Assembly (NCBI GenBank): GCA_054661495.1
Contig: BAAFSQ010000405.1
Coordinates: 1-7,628 of the forward strand
Length of the DNA stretch: 7,628 nt
Direction of reading: 5' to 3'
Source of the DNA: Zygophlyctis sp. KS116
Taxonomy: Eukaryota > Fungi > Chytridiomycota
The position numbers and the translations under genes are program-made. Below are positions 7,160 to 7,628 of the stretch, piece after piece (the stretch's first letter is position 1; every line of letters starts with the position of its first letter). The notes below the pieces were generated by a model. The model made no database searches. It saw nothing but the letters and a program-made list of their open reading frames with translations, and was not told the DNA's origin.

Positions 7160-7628
7160 TTATTTCTTTTTTGCATACAGAATAAAGTAATGATTACAAA
7201 ACATGATCCATTCTTCTACTTCATCTAATCTCTCTATCCTATTCCATTTTTCCACCATTTCTTTTGGAACCAGATCTTCTAAAGCTTTATTCATATCCCA
7301 TGCTAAAACTTCAAATCCTAGAGTCTTGTATCGCTCTATTTGTGAGTCTAGAGTAGGAAATTCTGCTATTCCATAAAGTTTAATTCCTCTTTCACTTAAA
7401 TTCTGAATCATCATTTTCCCAAAAGAATCGTTTGGTAGTATCTAACTGTAAGTTTTTAAAATCATGTACTTGTTCATAGACTATAAATGCACAATCTTGA
7501 ATTAAATTTCTAAATTCTTGAATCAAACACGTACTTTTCTCCACTTCCAAGTAGATTAAAAGGCATTCAGAGAGTATTAGAGTAGGAATTAGAGTATTAA
7601 ATCCAAAATTTAACAATTTTCCTTTAAT
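7160..7628 (-). CDS. PPM1: Leucine carboxyl methyltransferase 1 (PP2A C-terminal methyltransferase), 5' partial; exons >7628-7470, 7441-7160
   Basis: The spliced translation reads …PTLILSECLLIYL…FIVYEQ|ILPNDSFGKMMIQNLSERGIKLYGI…PTLDSQIERY…GF…AWDM…IERLDEVEEWIMFCNHYFILYAKKK*. These are hallmark LCMT1/PPM1 motifs. There is no C-terminal kelch extension, so this is not PPM2/TYW4. Confidence 0.92.
7442..7469 (-). other. Spliceosomal intron, 28 nt (PPM1/LCMT1)
   Basis: GTACATGATTTTAAAAACTTACAGTTAG, phase 0. Removal restores the conserved YEQI.P.D.FG motif. Confidence 0.93.

Noticed and set aside
7571-7599. Short AGAGTA repeats
   Set aside because: They lie in PPM1 coding sequence and reflect the peptide NTLIPTLIL, so they are not an independent repeat element.
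1-7628. Prokaryotic operon, CRISPR array, mobile element, tRNA/rRNA or biosynthetic gene cluster
   Set aside because: The genes are eukaryotic and three of the four contain introns. I saw no repeat-spacer array, transposase, terminal repeats or structured RNA gene. The four genes have no evident shared pathway.

Overview
This is an AT-rich, very compact eukaryotic locus in the standard genetic code. It is probably from a fungus or fungal relative, possibly an early-diverging lineage (inference). It holds four protein-coding genes separated by only 74, 73 and 150 bp. (1) A CCR4/CNOT6-type EEP deadenylase-family gene on the - strand (ATG 1713, runs off the left edge) lacks the usual LRR domain and carries an N-terminal canonical eIF4E-binding motif (KISYTREFLL). 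(2) A 7-exon URB2/Npa2-like ribosome biogenesis gene on the + strand (1788-5274, ~1103 aa) is divergent from gene 1. (3) An apparently intronless two-Rossmann FAD/NAD(P)H flavoprotein with an LRSP motif lies on the - strand (7009-5348). (4) The 3' part of a leucine carboxyl methyltransferase PPM1/LCMT1 gene lies on the - strand (>7628-7160). The fragmented ORF track is explained by nine ultra-short GT-AG introns of 25-32 nt, each of which restores the reading frame. The best novelty candidate is the LRR-less CCR4 paralog with a 4E-binding motif, which could link the cap-binding factor to tail removal. All family calls come from motif recognition by eye, not database searches.
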